38,583 nt of DNA. Source: an uncultured Pseudomonadota bacterium (GTDB lineage Bacteria; SAR324; NAC60-12). The position numbers and the translations under genes are program-made. The notes beneath the pieces are model-generated. The model ran no database searches. It was not told the origin of the DNA and saw nothing but the letters and a program-made list of their open reading frames with translations. The first letter of the stretch is position 1, and every line of letters starts with the position of its first letter. Below, one piece after another: positions 27,246 through 37,117 of the stretch. Location of the stretch: assembly GCA_913020725.1 (NCBI GenBank), contig CAJWCD010000013.1, forward strand, positions 1 through 38,583. Direction: 5' to 3'.

Positions 27246-28265
27246 TCAGCGGAACGGCGGGGAGTAGATGAGACCCCCATCCGTCCAGAGGGCGTTGATG
27301 CCGCGCTCAATGCCGAGCGGGGTGTTCACGCCAATATTGCGCTCAAAGATCTCGCCGTAGTTGCCGACTTGCTTGATAATCTGGTACGCCCAGTCTTTGC
27401 TCAAGCCAAGTTCAGCACCCTGGTTGCCCTCGACGCCGAGCAGGCGCAGGACTTCCGGATCCTTGGAGTTCATCATGCTGTCCACGTTGTCAGAGGTGAT
27501 GCCTTTCTCCTCAGCCGTGATGGTGGCGTTCAGCACCCAAGTGACGATGTCGGCCCAATGGTCGTCCCCATGACGGACAGCGGGACCGAGCGGCTCCTTG
27601 GAGATGATTTCCGGAAGCACGATGTGATCGTCCGGATTCGGGAAAGTGGAACGCTGCGCGGAGAGACCGGAAGCGTCCGTGGTGTAGATGTCGCAACGGC
27701 CGGCGAGGTAGTTCGTGCGTCCCTCGTCTGCGGTTTCGATCGTCACCGCTTCATACGACATGCCGTTGGCATGGAAGTAATCGGCAAGGTTCAACTCGGT
27801 GGTCGTTCCGGTGGCGATGCAGACCGATGCCCCGTCCAACTCCTTAGCACTCTTGATGTCGTACTTGGTCTTGTTGACCATGAAGCCCTGGCCGTCGTAA
27901 TAGTTGACGCCCAAGAAGCGCAGTTTCACGCCCACATCACGTGTGAAAGTGATGGTGGTGTTACGCCAGAGCACATCGGCCTCTCCGGCGTTGAGGATGG
28001 TGAAACGGGTTTTTCCAGTGGACTTCACTGCCTTGATCTTGGTCGAATCCCCAAGTACAGCGGCTGCCGTGGCCCGGCAGAAGTCAATGTCGAACCCACG
28101 CCAGACGCCGTTGGCATCCGGATAGGCGAAGCCGGCGAGGCCGGTGCTGGTGACGCAACGCAGTTCTCCACGTGCTTTGACATCATCGACCGTTCCGGCA
28201 TTGGCCGTGAACACCAATGCGCCTGTGGCGATGAACGCCAGTGCGATTTTGGCAAGTGCCTTCAT
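27246..28265 (-). CDS. aapJ: General L-amino acid ABC transporter substrate-binding protein
   Basis: Signal peptide, DFCRA.AAAVLGD, RNTT.T..RD, YYDGQGFM, GTTTELNLADYF, EIISKEPLGP; AGGAG RBS. Confidence 0.93.
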   Translation of the reverse strand: MKALAKIALAFIATGALVFTANAGTVDDVKARGELRCVTSTGLAGFAYPDANGVWRGFDIDFCRATAAAVLGDSTKIKAVKSTGKTRFTILNAGEADVLWRNTTITFTRDVGVKLRFLGVNYYDGQGFMVNKTKYDIKSAKELDGASVCIATGTTTELNLADYFHANGMSYEAVTIETADEGRTNYLAGRCDIYTTDASGLSAQRSTFPNPDDHIVLPEIISKEPLGPAVRHGDDHWADIVTWVLNATITAEEKGITSDNVDSMMNSKDPEVLRLLGVEGNQGAELGLSKDWAYQIIKQVGNYGEIFERNIGVNTPLGIERGINALWTDGGLIYSPPFR

Positions 28266-28291
28266 TATTTCTCCTTTTGAAAGCATTAATG

Positions 28292-28318
28292 AAAAAACCG
28301 TCCGGACCATCCGGGCGG
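28292..28318 (-). terminator. Terminator-like hairpin with U-tract between cheB and aapJ
   Basis: Minus strand CCGCCCGGA-TGG-TCCGGACGG-TTTTTT. Confidence 0.5.
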
Positions 28319-28412
28319 AAAGACAAGCGGAATTATCATCCCGAGTTTGGCTCCGAAGGTCAAGCCCGAATCAATATTTGTTTTTCATCACCTCCTGAAA
28401 CCCGCTCCCCAA

Positions 28413-29477
28413 TCAGCGCAATTCAAGCAAACGTCTGACAATCTGCTCCGGGTTAAGCACTTCATCAACAGCTCCGCTTTCGACTGCCACTCGCGGCATT
28501 CCATAAACCACACAGGAGTCTTCGTCTTGTGCCATCGTGTGGGCTCCAGAGTCGTGCATTTCGGCCATCCCTTTGGCCCCGTCATTGCCCATTCCTGTCA
28601 GGATGACACCTATGGCTGCGGATCCTGCCATCGATGCCACCGAACGGAAAAGCACATCCACTGCGGGACGATGGCGGTTCACGAGTTCGCCTTCGTTCAG
28701 TCGTGCCTGGTAGCCCGCAGGGTCAGCCTCCAGAATCATGTGCATGTCCCCAGGAGCAAGTAAAGCCGTTCCGGGTAACACCCGGTCCCCTGCTTCCGCT
28801 TCTTTCACGTCAATCTTGCAGACCCGGTCGAGACTCTCGGCAAAGGAACCGGTGAATGCTTTCGGCATGTGCTGCACGATGGCGATGCCGGGCATGTCTT
28901 GGGGCAGGCTGCTCAACACTTCCCGCAGAACCTCGGTGCCGCCGGTGGAAGCGCCAATCGCGATCAAGGGTTGCTGCTTTGCAAGAGGACGACTTGGTTT
29001 TTTTGGTGGGAGGACAGCGTCGGTATCGTGTCTGGGCATCGGCTCCAGAAACCGCTGACGTGGAGTTTTTAGCTTGGCCTGCGCGGCAGCCTTGACCTTG
29101 TCGGTAATCAGGATGGCCAGTTCGTTGAGACCTTCACGCACCTCGATCTTGGGTTTTTCAATGATGTCAACTGCACCAAGTTCCAAGCTGCGTAAAGCCG
29201 TCTCGGAACCCGCTTGGGTGTAGGCACTGACCATTACCACCGGCATCGGCCTAGACTTCATCAGCCTTTCCAGAAAGGTCAGACCGTCCATCTTGGGCAT
29301 CTGGACATCAAGGGTCAGCACATCCGGATTCAGTTCGGGAATCTTGCGCAGAGCGATCAGGGCATCGGGTGCGGTTCCCACCACCTCAAGCTCAGGGTCT
29401 TCGGAAAGGATGAGTTTCAAGGTCTGACGGGCGACCGCCGAATCATCAATGATGAGAACCTTGGCAGGACGGTTCAT
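28413..29477 (-). CDS. cheB: Chemotaxis REC-methylesterase
   Basis: REC domain (IIDDS, TLDVQMP); IGASTGG, VQHM, TGMGNDG catalytic motifs. Confidence 0.97.
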   Translation of the reverse strand: MNRPAKVLIIDDSAVARQTLKLILSEDPELEVVGTAPDALIALRKIPELNPDVLTLDVQMPKMDGLTFLERLMKSRPMPVVMVSAYTQAGSETALRSLELGAVDIIEKPKIEVREGLNELAILITDKVKAAAQAKLKTPRQRFLEPMPRHDTDAVLPPKKPSRPLAKQQPLIAIGASTGGTEVLREVLSSLPQDMPGIAIVQHMPKAFTGSFAESLDRVCKIDVKEAEAGDRVLPGTALLAPGDMHMILEADPAGYQARLNEGELVNRHRPAVDVLFRSVASMAGSAAIGVILTGMGNDGAKGMAEMHDSGAHTMAQDEDSCVVYGMPRVAVESGAVDEVLNPEQIVRRLLELR

Positions 29478-29496
29478 GAATGCGAGAAGCTTCGGG

Positions 29497-30027
29497 TTAC
29501 TGGGGAGTCAGTTGGGCGAGTTCCTGCTCTGAGAGCAAACGATCAGCATCCAGCAGGATCACCATATCCGCCTTGATGTTGGCCACTCCTTGGACGAACT
29601 GGGTGTCGATGTTGGTCGCAATGTCTGCGGTTCCCTGCGTTTCCTCCTCTTCTAGGTAGACCACGTCGGCAACCGAATCAACTGTCAGGCCGACCATTTT
29701 ATCTTCGACTTGGACGATGATGATGACCGTGTACTTGTCATACTCTCCGTCAGCCATACTGAACCGCAGACGCAGATCCATGATAGGTATGACAAGGCCA
29801 CGCAGGTTGATCATGCCGACAATAAAATCCGGCATTCCGGGAATGCGGGTCACAACTTCCGGATAGCTGATCAGTTCTCGGACCTTGAGGATCTTAAGTC
29901 CGTATTTTTCCTCCCCAAGTATGAAGGTGATCAGTTGGGTGCCCTCCCGATGTGTGAGTTCAAGGTCAAATTCCTCTTCTTCCTCAAGATCACTGAGGAA
30001 CCCGATGTTGTCGGAAGTGGTATCCAT
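29497..30027 (-). CDS. cheW: Chemotaxis coupling protein
   Basis: ITFILGEEKYG, GMINLRG..IPIMDLR.RF, GLTVDSV; AAGGAG before ATG 30027. Confidence 0.95.
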   Translation of the reverse strand: MDTTSDNIGFLSDLEEEEEFDLELTHREGTQLITFILGEEKYGLKILKVRELISYPEVVTRIPGMPDFIVGMINLRGLVIPIMDLRLRFSMADGEYDKYTVIIIVQVEDKMVGLTVDSVADVVYLEEEETQGTADIATNIDTQFVQGVANIKADMVILLDADRLLSEQELAQLTPQ

Positions 30028-30040
30028 AGTCACTCCTTTT

Positions 30041-32224
30041 TCAGGCAGCTAGGGTAGAGACATCCAGAATGAAGGAAACCGAGCCGTCTCCCATAATAGT
30101 TGCTCCGGCAATGCCGGGAACTTGGATGAAGTGATCCTCAAGGTTTTTGATCACCACAGGGCGTTGGTCAATGATTTCGTCCACAAGCATGCAGTGTTTT
30201 TGGCTGCCTTGCTGGATGACGATCACCAGTCCACGGCTGGGATCTTCGGTGGCACCGTCGAGTTTGAGGCGTTCATGAAGCCGAATCAAAGGAATGTATT
30301 CCCCACGAAGGTCAATCAGTTCCCCGCGACGTTTGAGCCGTTTGATCTGCTCGGGGCGGGGCCGCAGGGCTTCAAGCACCGCAAGCAGGGGCAGAATAAA
30401 GATCTGGACACCGACTCGAACGATCATCCCTTCAATGATAGCCAAGGTCAGAGGGAGTTTCAATCGTACCAGTGTTCCCTTGCCGACGTTGCTGTGTATT
30501 TCGATGTTGCCCAAGAGGGCTTCGATTTCGCGCTTGACCGAGTCCATGCCCACCCCGCGTCCGGAAACACTGGTCACTTCGGTGGTGGTGGTAAATCCGG
30601 GTTGGAAGATGAGCTGAAAGGCTTCCTGCTCCGAGAGTTGATCCCCGGCACTGACCAGTCCCTTGCGCACCCCGGCCTCCATGATCTTCTGCGGGTCCAT
30701 CCCCTTCCCGTCATCTTCAATTTCCACAATAACAAAGCCCTCCTGATGGGAGGCTCGCAGGGCGATGGTCCCGGTGGGATCTTTGCCATGCTGCTGTCTG
30801 ATTTCCGGTTCTTCAATGCCATGGTCCATGGCGTTCCGGATGAGGTGTACCAACGGACCGTGGAGTTGTTCGGTGACGGTTTTGTCGAGTTCCGTATCGG
30901 CTCCGCTGATTTCCAGTCGAATCTGCTTGTTGCTCGCAATGGCAAAATCGCGGACAAGGCGCTTCATGGGAGTGAAGATGCTGCCCACCTGCACCATGCG
31001 GACTTGGAGGATTTGATCTTGCAGTTCACGCACAGACTGCTCGTTTTCCTCGACAAATTGCAGGACCATCTCCCCGAGGTTTTCATCGATCGCGATGATT
31101 TCTTCGCTAAGACGCATCAGTCGCGACTGGTTAATCACCGTTTCTCCCACGAGGTTCTGGAGTTTGTCCAACTTATCGACGTGAACCCTGATGGACTGCA
31201 CCACCTGAGTTTCCTTCATCGGCTTGAGGGTTCCTGTGTTCTCAGGAGTGTCCTGCACCTTTGGCTCCACTGTTATGCTGGTCGTCTCCACCTCTGGTGT
31301 GCTGCGATCCGGCTCGGAAGTGACCATTTCGGTGTCCAGATCCCCCTCCCGATGGGGCGGTTCGAGGGTTGATGCGGAGTCCTCGGCCTGCCGGATCATG
31401 CGCTGGTGAGCTTCCACGACAACTCCACTGTCTTCGGGGGGTGTATCAATGGACTCAATGCTGAGGTCGTTGCCTTCCTGAAAGAAAACGAGGATGTTTT
31501 CGATTTCCGTAAGTGGAGATTCGGTGACGAGCTTGAGGCTCCACCAGAGGTATAATCGTGCCGGATCAAAGTCTTCGAGATCTGGAAGTTTTCCGGGATG
31601 AACAATGACGGCCATTTCTCCGAGTTCATCAAGCTGCCGTAGCAGCAACAGAGGATCCCCCCCTCTCTGGAACAGGTCGTGGCTGAATTTCAAAGTCAGC
31701 AGGTAAGCTTGCCGATGCTCCGCAACAGGAGACGGAGCGGGAGGTTCTGGCTTTAAATTCTCAACAGGAGATGGAGCGGGAGGCTCCGGCTCTGCATTCT
31801 CAACAGGTGCGCTGCTCGGTGCGGTCGGTTGTTTGGGAGCCGTGCTGTCAAAAGACTGAATCTGGTGCAGGGTTTCCTCCTTCAGAGCCTGATTGATCTC
31901 TCCTTCACCGCGCAGACTGCGGATGAAGGACTGGAGACAATCCAAGGATTTCAGCAACAGGGAAATGAGCTGCGGTGTGCATTCAAGCTGACCTGAGCGA
32001 ATCCGGTCCAGCATTGATTCCAGTTGATGGGTATAATTTGCAAGTTCCGTTTGTGCGACCATCCCGGCTCCACCCTTCAGGGTGTGGACATCACGGAAGA
32101 CACGCCCCACCAGTTCACGGTTCTGCGGTTCGGACTCGAGTTCCAGCAGGGCGGTTTCGAGGTCTTGGAGCAAATCTTCTGCTTCCTCAATGAACTCGTC
32201 AACGGGAAGTTGGTCGGGGGTCAT
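30041..32224 (-). CDS. cheA: Chemotaxis histidine kinase
   Basis: Hpt FRDVHTLKGG, P2-like DPLLLLRQLDELG, LQNLVGE, HLIRNAMDHGIE, DDGKG, SGRGVGMD, LPLTLAI, CheW domain; no fused REC. Confidence 0.97.
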   Translation of the reverse strand: MTPDQLPVDEFIEEAEDLLQDLETALLELESEPQNRELVGRVFRDVHTLKGGAGMVAQTELANYTHQLESMLDRIRSGQLECTPQLISLLLKSLDCLQSFIRSLRGEGEINQALKEETLHQIQSFDSTAPKQPTAPSSAPVENAEPEPPAPSPVENLKPEPPAPSPVAEHRQAYLLTLKFSHDLFQRGGDPLLLLRQLDELGEMAVIVHPGKLPDLEDFDPARLYLWWSLKLVTESPLTEIENILVFFQEGNDLSIESIDTPPEDSGVVVEAHQRMIRQAEDSASTLEPPHREGDLDTEMVTSEPDRSTPEVETTSITVEPKVQDTPENTGTLKPMKETQVVQSIRVHVDKLDKLQNLVGETVINQSRLMRLSEEIIAIDENLGEMVLQFVEENEQSVRELQDQILQVRMVQVGSIFTPMKRLVRDFAIASNKQIRLEISGADTELDKTVTEQLHGPLVHLIRNAMDHGIEEPEIRQQHGKDPTGTIALRASHQEGFVIVEIEDDGKGMDPQKIMEAGVRKGLVSAGDQLSEQEAFQLIFQPGFTTTTEVTSVSGRGVGMDSVKREIEALLGNIEIHSNVGKGTLVRLKLPLTLAIIEGMIVRVGVQIFILPLLAVLEALRPRPEQIKRLKRRGELIDLRGEYIPLIRLHERLKLDGATEDPSRGLVIVIQQGSQKHCMLVDEIIDQRPVVIKNLEDHFIQVPGIAGATIMGDGSVSFILDVSTLAA
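31723..31807. repeat. 39-bp tandem repeat (about 2.2 copies) in the cheA linker
   Basis: caacaggagacggagcgggaggttctggctttaaattct / caacaggagatggagcgggaggctccggctctgcattct / caacagg; encodes PVEN..PEPPAPS twice. Confidence 0.9.
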
Positions 32225-33627
32225 TTTTGGGTAAAGGTATAAATGCCGTCCCAATTGCGGGGCGGAGGATTCTTGAGGAACTGCCGACAGCGTTCCGCAT
32301 AGAGCGGGAAGACTGCATCCTGAGGACACCCTTGATGACAGTCCTCAAAAGCTTGCAGACCCTTTTTCCATTGGCGCTTGCGGTAGCAAGCCAAACCGTC
32401 CTCAAAAATATCAAAACTATCTTGCTTGGCTTGCTTGAGAGCCGGAGCGTCACCATTAAAAACTTCATAAATGGTCACCGGCGCCTGACGTCCTTTGACC
32501 ATCACTCGGTCCAACTCCCGTAGTAATAGGTCCTTCCTGTTTTCGAGGAGATCAAAGGTATCATTAGAAATGATCACTGGACACCCGTAATGCTTCGTCA
32601 ATCCTTCCAGTCTGGAAGCCAGATTGACGGCATCGCCAAGCACCGTGGAGTCCATGCGCTCTTCAAAACCGATCGTTCCGATGATCACGTTCCCGCTGTG
32701 AATCCCAATCCCCATCGCCACCGGGGTCAATTTTTGTTTCCGGCGTTTGACATTGAGCTTGGCCAGCATCTTCTGCATTCCCAGTGCCGCATCAATCGCG
32801 TTTCTCGCCTCTTCCGCATCGGACTGATCTGGGCTGTCGAAGACGGCCATGATTGCGTCACCAATAAACTTATCTACAAACCCGTGGTTCTCCATGATTG
32901 GTGGATTCATCTGCTTCAGGTAGCCGTTCAGGAAATCCATCAGTTCCTGAGGGGAGTAGCTTTCTGAAATCTCCGTGAAGGAGCGGATATCGGAAAACAG
33001 GATGGTGATATTGTCACTTTCTGCATGGCCGAATCTGAGATTCTCCAGTCCATCTGGCGCAATGCGCGTGAGAAACTCCTTGGGCACAAACTTTTCAAAA
33101 ACTCCCGTCAGTTTTGCAATTGCTTCGGTTTCGGCGAGGCGAATTTTTGTCTCCTTGAGATCCTCGTAAGCTTTTTTCTGAAGCACGAGGGATTTTTCTA
33201 GGTCCCGGTTCAACTGATGAGTCAAATCTTCTGCATGCTTGATACGGATTAAAACTTTGATCCGGGCCAGTAATTCATCAGGATCGAAAGGTTTTGGCAG
33301 ATAATCCTCTGCTTCAAGTTCTGCAAGTCCTTTCACCAACTGACTCATCTCGACCTGCGCCGTCAGAAACAACACGGGGATTCTCTTCCAATCCTCATCT
33401 TTTTTTAAAATCCGGATGCACTCATCCCCACTCATCTTTGGCATGTTCCGATCCAACAAAATGAGATCGGGAAATTCCTGCTGGTGGAGTTGAGAGAGCC
33501 AGTTCAGTGCTTGATGGCCATCGGCCTGCTCAATCACTTCATACTCTTCTGGCCCAGAATCTAGTATTCGGCGGACATGATTTCGGATCATCCGGGAATC
33601 ATCTACTATTAATATTTTAGAATTCAT
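32221..33627 (-). CDS. Response regulator receiver + class III adenylate/guanylate cyclase + C-terminal helical domain
   Basis: REC (IVDDS, LLDRNMP, FLTA, PKPF); cyclase (FSDIRSFT, VDKFIGDAIMAVF, GIGIHSG, STVLGDAVNLASRLE, VKGR). Confidence 0.95.
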   Translation of the reverse strand: MNSKILIVDDSRMIRNHVRRILDSGPEEYEVIEQADGHQALNWLSQLHQQEFPDLILLDRNMPKMSGDECIRILKKDEDWKRIPVLFLTAQVEMSQLVKGLAELEAEDYLPKPFDPDELLARIKVLIRIKHAEDLTHQLNRDLEKSLVLQKKAYEDLKETKIRLAETEAIAKLTGVFEKFVPKEFLTRIAPDGLENLRFGHAESDNITILFSDIRSFTEISESYSPQELMDFLNGYLKQMNPPIMENHGFVDKFIGDAIMAVFDSPDQSDAEEARNAIDAALGMQKMLAKLNVKRRKQKLTPVAMGIGIHSGNVIIGTIGFEERMDSTVLGDAVNLASRLEGLTKHYGCPVIISNDTFDLLENRKDLLLRELDRVMVKGRQAPVTIYEVFNGDAPALKQAKQDSFDIFEDGLACYRKRQWKKGLQAFEDCHQGCPQDAVFPLYAERCRQFLKNPPPRNWDGIYTFTQK

Positions 33628-33654
33628 TCATTCCACATTGAAGACGGTAATGGT

Positions 33655-34494
33655 TCATTTTTTCTTGAAAACATTATGTCGAATTTTGGTTACCCCTTCG
33701 ACTTGATGCCCTGTTTCCGTACCGCCAAAAATTAGATAACCGTCTCGGGCCAGAAATTCAACCAATTTGTCGAGAATCATCGTTCTAGTTTCATTGTTGA
33801 AATAATAAAGTACATTACGGCAAAAAATGACCTCGAATTTCGTAGCAATAGGATAACGAGAATCCAACAGATTCAGTATTCTAAATTCAACCCTTTGCTT
33901 GATGTGTTCACGAACCTGAAGCTGGCGGTTTTTATTGTTATTTTTGATGTACCGGAAGTGTTTCCCCTGAACAGGACGTGGGATGGTTTGTAATTGGTTT
34001 TCATCGTAAACTCCCTGTATTGCATAAAATAATACGTCTGTGTTGACATCAGAAGCCAGTATTTTAAATCCTTCCGGGGTTCTTGATAATAATTGGGCCA
34101 ATTGATCGGTTTCAAAAGCAAGGGTGTAGGCTTCTTCGCCCGTTGAACAGCCTACACTCCAGATACGTATTTTTTCCCGTTTTCCTGTATTGATTTGGTG
34201 GAAATATTCAGGGAGGACATTCTCCCTGAACCAATCAAACAGTGCCGGGTCTCGGTAAAATTCTGTTTTTGTAGTGGTTACTAAATTGTAAAAATACTGA
34301 AGTTCCCCCTTGTTCTTGCTGTCTTGCAGTACTTGGAAGTACTCATCGTAATCCAAACCCAGCTCGTACAACCTAGAGTTGAGGCGACCGTGCAGCAGGT
34401 ATTGCTTCCCCTTGCTCCAGTCAATGCCTAGCTGAGATTCGACAAAATCTTGATACTTTTGATACTGTATATCACTCGGTTTTTGAACCACCAT
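33655..34494 (-). CDS. cheR: Chemotaxis methyltransferase
   Basis: TTTKTEFYRD, IWSVGCSTGEEAYT, ILASDVN, IFCRNVLYYF. Confidence 0.95.
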   Translation of the reverse strand: MVVQKPSDIQYQKYQDFVESQLGIDWSKGKQYLLHGRLNSRLYELGLDYDEYFQVLQDSKNKGELQYFYNLVTTTKTEFYRDPALFDWFRENVLPEYFHQINTGKREKIRIWSVGCSTGEEAYTLAFETDQLAQLLSRTPEGFKILASDVNTDVLFYAIQGVYDENQLQTIPRPVQGKHFRYIKNNNKNRQLQVREHIKQRVEFRILNLLDSRYPIATKFEVIFCRNVLYYFNNETRTMILDKLVEFLARDGYLIFGGTETGHQVEGVTKIRHNVFKKK

Positions 34495-34562
34495 AAAAAC
34501 TAATATCTGAAGAAGCGATCAATTCCCTCAACAAAAAAACTTTCAGACTTAGGCTGTTCGGA

Positions 34563-37106
34563 TTATTTGAAGGGTGATAAATTTCTCAATTTATTGAGTG
34601 CCTTCCCTGGGTCATGATTCATCATTGCTGGATTGGATTCGGACTCTTCTGCTGAATCTCGATCATGTGTGTTTTTAGATTCAATGAGATAGGAGTCGGT
34701 TGTTGGAAGAGTTTTTGCGGCATTAGGATCAGTTTCCTCACCAACCTTGAAGCTGTTGAGTAGCTCCTCAAGGTGTTTTGTGTCTTGGGCCATACTGGAA
34801 CTGGCTCTAGCATTTTCTTCGACTAGAGTGGCATTCTCCTGAGTGATTCGCTGCATGTCAGCAATGGTTGTGTTGATCTGCCCCACACCCTCTGCCTGTT
34901 CTGTAGCTGCGACTTTGATGTTTTCCATAACTTCCGAAACTTCGAGGAATGCTTGAATGATGTCATTCAAGTTGGAGTCACTTTCATTTTTCAGATGGTT
35001 GAGTATCGATTCAATTTTAGATCTCATTTCCTGAGTACCTTTTTCTCCCTCAGTGACTAGCTGCCGACCCGTCTCGATGCTCTCAAGGGTGTTTTCAATC
35101 AAGACTCCGATTTCTTTTGAAGCTTTCGCTGAACGATGAGCCAGTTTTCTCACTTCCGTGGCGACAACAGCAAACCCCTTACCATGTTCCCCTGCGCGGG
35201 CGGCTTCAACGGATGCATTCAGTGCGAGCAAATTGGTCTGGAACGCAACGTCGTTGATCAAGGTGATGATTCCAGCAATTTTTTTCGAACTCTTCATGAT
35301 GTCTTCCATGGCATTGACGACTCTGGAATTTGTCTCCTGAAGATTTAAGAGCATTTCTTGGTTGGTTTCGATCGATTTGTTGACGGTATCTAGAAGCTGC
35401 TGGCGGCTGTTTTCCACGGATTGCTGCGCGTTTTTTGTTAGATCACTGGCGTTTTTGGCTTCTTCGGCACTGTTCTGGACAATGCTGTTGATTTCCTCCA
35501 TAGAACTTGCGGTTTCTTCCAAAGATGCACTTTGCTGATGTGTTCGTGTCGAAAGCTCTTGGTTCCCCGAAGCCATCTCTTGGGAAACTTTGTTGATATT
35601 GTGAGACCGTTTTTTGACTTGAACAATGATGTTGTTTAGTTTTTTGAGAAACAAATTATACCAGTTTGATAGATTCCCAAGCTCGTCTTGTCCAGAGACT
35701 AGGATTCTTTTTGTGAGATCCCCCTCCCCTTCAGCAATGTCTTTGGCCATCTCAACGAGATTATCAACAGGATTGGTGATTGATCTGCGGACAAGAAAAC
35801 CAAAAAAGAGACTAACTAGCACACCGATGGCTGATACAACAAGAACCACCCAGATGAATTCTTCTGCTTCACTGATTACACTTTTATTGACAAGATCAAT
35901 GTCTTTATTGACGACTGAATTGATGTCATCCAATATGTGCGACAATCCTAAATTTGTATCAGAAAAATGATTAGCTAGTAGCTCGCTTGCAATAATTACG
36001 CTTCCGGATTTTTTTGCACTTTCAAAAGTTTTCGTGAAGTTTAAATCCATCTTATTGAAGGAGTCGATGTTATCTTGGACATCGGTTTCTTTGACGATGG
36101 TAGATAGTTCTTGTTGGATTCCAGAATACTCAATAAGAATCTTGTCTAAATTGTTGAGGTTGTTTAAACCAGTTGTATTGGTTTTTTTATCTTCTTTTTT
36201 TTGTGATGAACTGACCATCTCGTCCAATTTTTCTATCAGTAACGTCAGGCGATGATATAGATTTTTATTCAATAAACCATCTTCAGGATTTTCTTCGCCG
36301 CCCATCATTTTTGCCATAAATTCCTCATACGCCGGCTTTCCTGCGATGAGTCCTCGTTTGGACCTGATGCGGAAGATGATTCTTTTGCGCTGCCCTTTGA
36401 ATTCGTTAAAGGCATTGATTAAAATGGATATATTTTTTTTGGATTGTGGTGTTGATTCTAATTTTTCTAGAGAATTTATTGCGATTTTTTTTGTAAGCAC
36501 ATTTAGTCTATTTATATCTGTATTTATCAAGCTCAAATCTGAAGAAATTATGGTTTTTAGTCTTGAATTCCCTAAGGTTGTTTTTAGATTTTCAAGTTCA
36601 AATTCTTTTATGTTTCTAGTGATCATAAAATTGTAAACAAAATCTTGATTTTTGTGTTTTTCTTTGAAGGCATTCCAGTTATTTTTATTAGTGTCACCTG
36701 AAATATTTGAATCAAATTCATCTAACTGGTCCCCTCTTAAAGAGTATCGGTGTGAGCTTGTCACCTCACTTTGGTTGATTGAGTTGTTATTTTCTGTTTT
36801 TAATTTTGTTAGCGATTCTTCAATTCGACCAATCGAATCTTTAATGACTTGGATGCCGTTTTTAGCAGATTCCTCGGTTACATTCAAATAAAATGACTGC
36901 GCGTAGCCTTTGAGCTTGGCTTGTTCAATTCTGATTAAATCCAAATTTATTTTGTAGGTGGATAAAACCTCAGAGCTGTAATGCAGGGTCTTTGACAGGT
37001 CTAAAAATGAATTAATCACTAATCCGGAAATGGTGATAGTAATGATGGAATTGATTAAGAAGATAAAAAATATCTTCCTGCTGATTGTAATAGACAGTAA
37101 TTTCAT
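34563..37106 (-). CDS. Methyl-accepting chemotaxis protein (2 TM, large periplasmic domain, HAMP)
   Basis: TM1, TM2, HAMP ([14 protein letters not shown]), [36 protein letters not shown], methylation tracts [15 protein letters not shown] and [12 protein letters not shown]. Confidence 0.96.
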   Translation of the reverse strand: MKLLSITISRKIFFIFLINSIITITISGLVINSFLDLSKTLHYSSEVLSTYKINLDLIRIEQAKLKGYAQSFYLNVTEESAKNGIQVIKDSIGRIEESLTKLKTENNNSINQSEVTSSHRYSLRGDQLDEFDSNISGDTNKNNWNAFKEKHKNQDFVYNFMITRNIKEFELENLKTTLGNSRLKTIISSDLSLINTDINRLNVLTKKIAINSLEKLESTPQSKKNISILINAFNEFKGQRKRIIFRIRSKRGLIAGKPAYEEFMAKMMGGEENPEDGLLNKNLYHRLTLLIEKLDEMVSSSQKKEDKKTNTTGLNNLNNLDKILIEYSGIQQELSTIVKETDVQDNIDSFNKMDLNFTKTFESAKKSGSVIIASELLANHFSDTNLGLSHILDDINSVVNKDIDLVNKSVISEAEEFIWVVLVVSAIGVLVSLFFGFLVRRSITNPVDNLVEMAKDIAEGEGDLTKRILVSGQDELGNLSNWYNLFLKKLNNIIVQVKKRSHNINKVSQEMASGNQELSTRTHQQSASLEETASSMEEINSIVQNSAEEAKNASDLTKNAQQSVENSRQQLLDTVNKSIETNQEMLLNLQETNSRVVNAMEDIMKSSKKIAGIITLINDVAFQTNLLALNASVEAARAGEHGKGFAVVATEVRKLAHRSAKASKEIGVLIENTLESIETGRQLVTEGEKGTQEMRSKIESILNHLKNESDSNLNDIIQAFLEVSEVMENIKVAATEQAEGVGQINTTIADMQRITQENATLVEENARASSSMAQDTKHLEELLNSFKVGEETDPNAAKTLPTTDSYLIESKNTHDRDSAEESESNPAMMNHDPGKALNKLRNLSPFK

Positions 37107-37117
37107 TTTACTTTCTC

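Noticed and set aside
23924..28280. Long plus-strand ORFs opposite aapJQMP (23924-24733, 26179-26874, 27369-28280)
   Set aside because: Common antisense shadows of GC-rich ABC transporter genes.
30122..31372. 416-aa ORF antisense to cheA
   Set aside because: Shadow frame; cheA motifs fully explain the region.
31723..31807. CRISPR-like repeat
   Set aside because: Contiguous in-frame coding repeat with no spacers and no cas genes.
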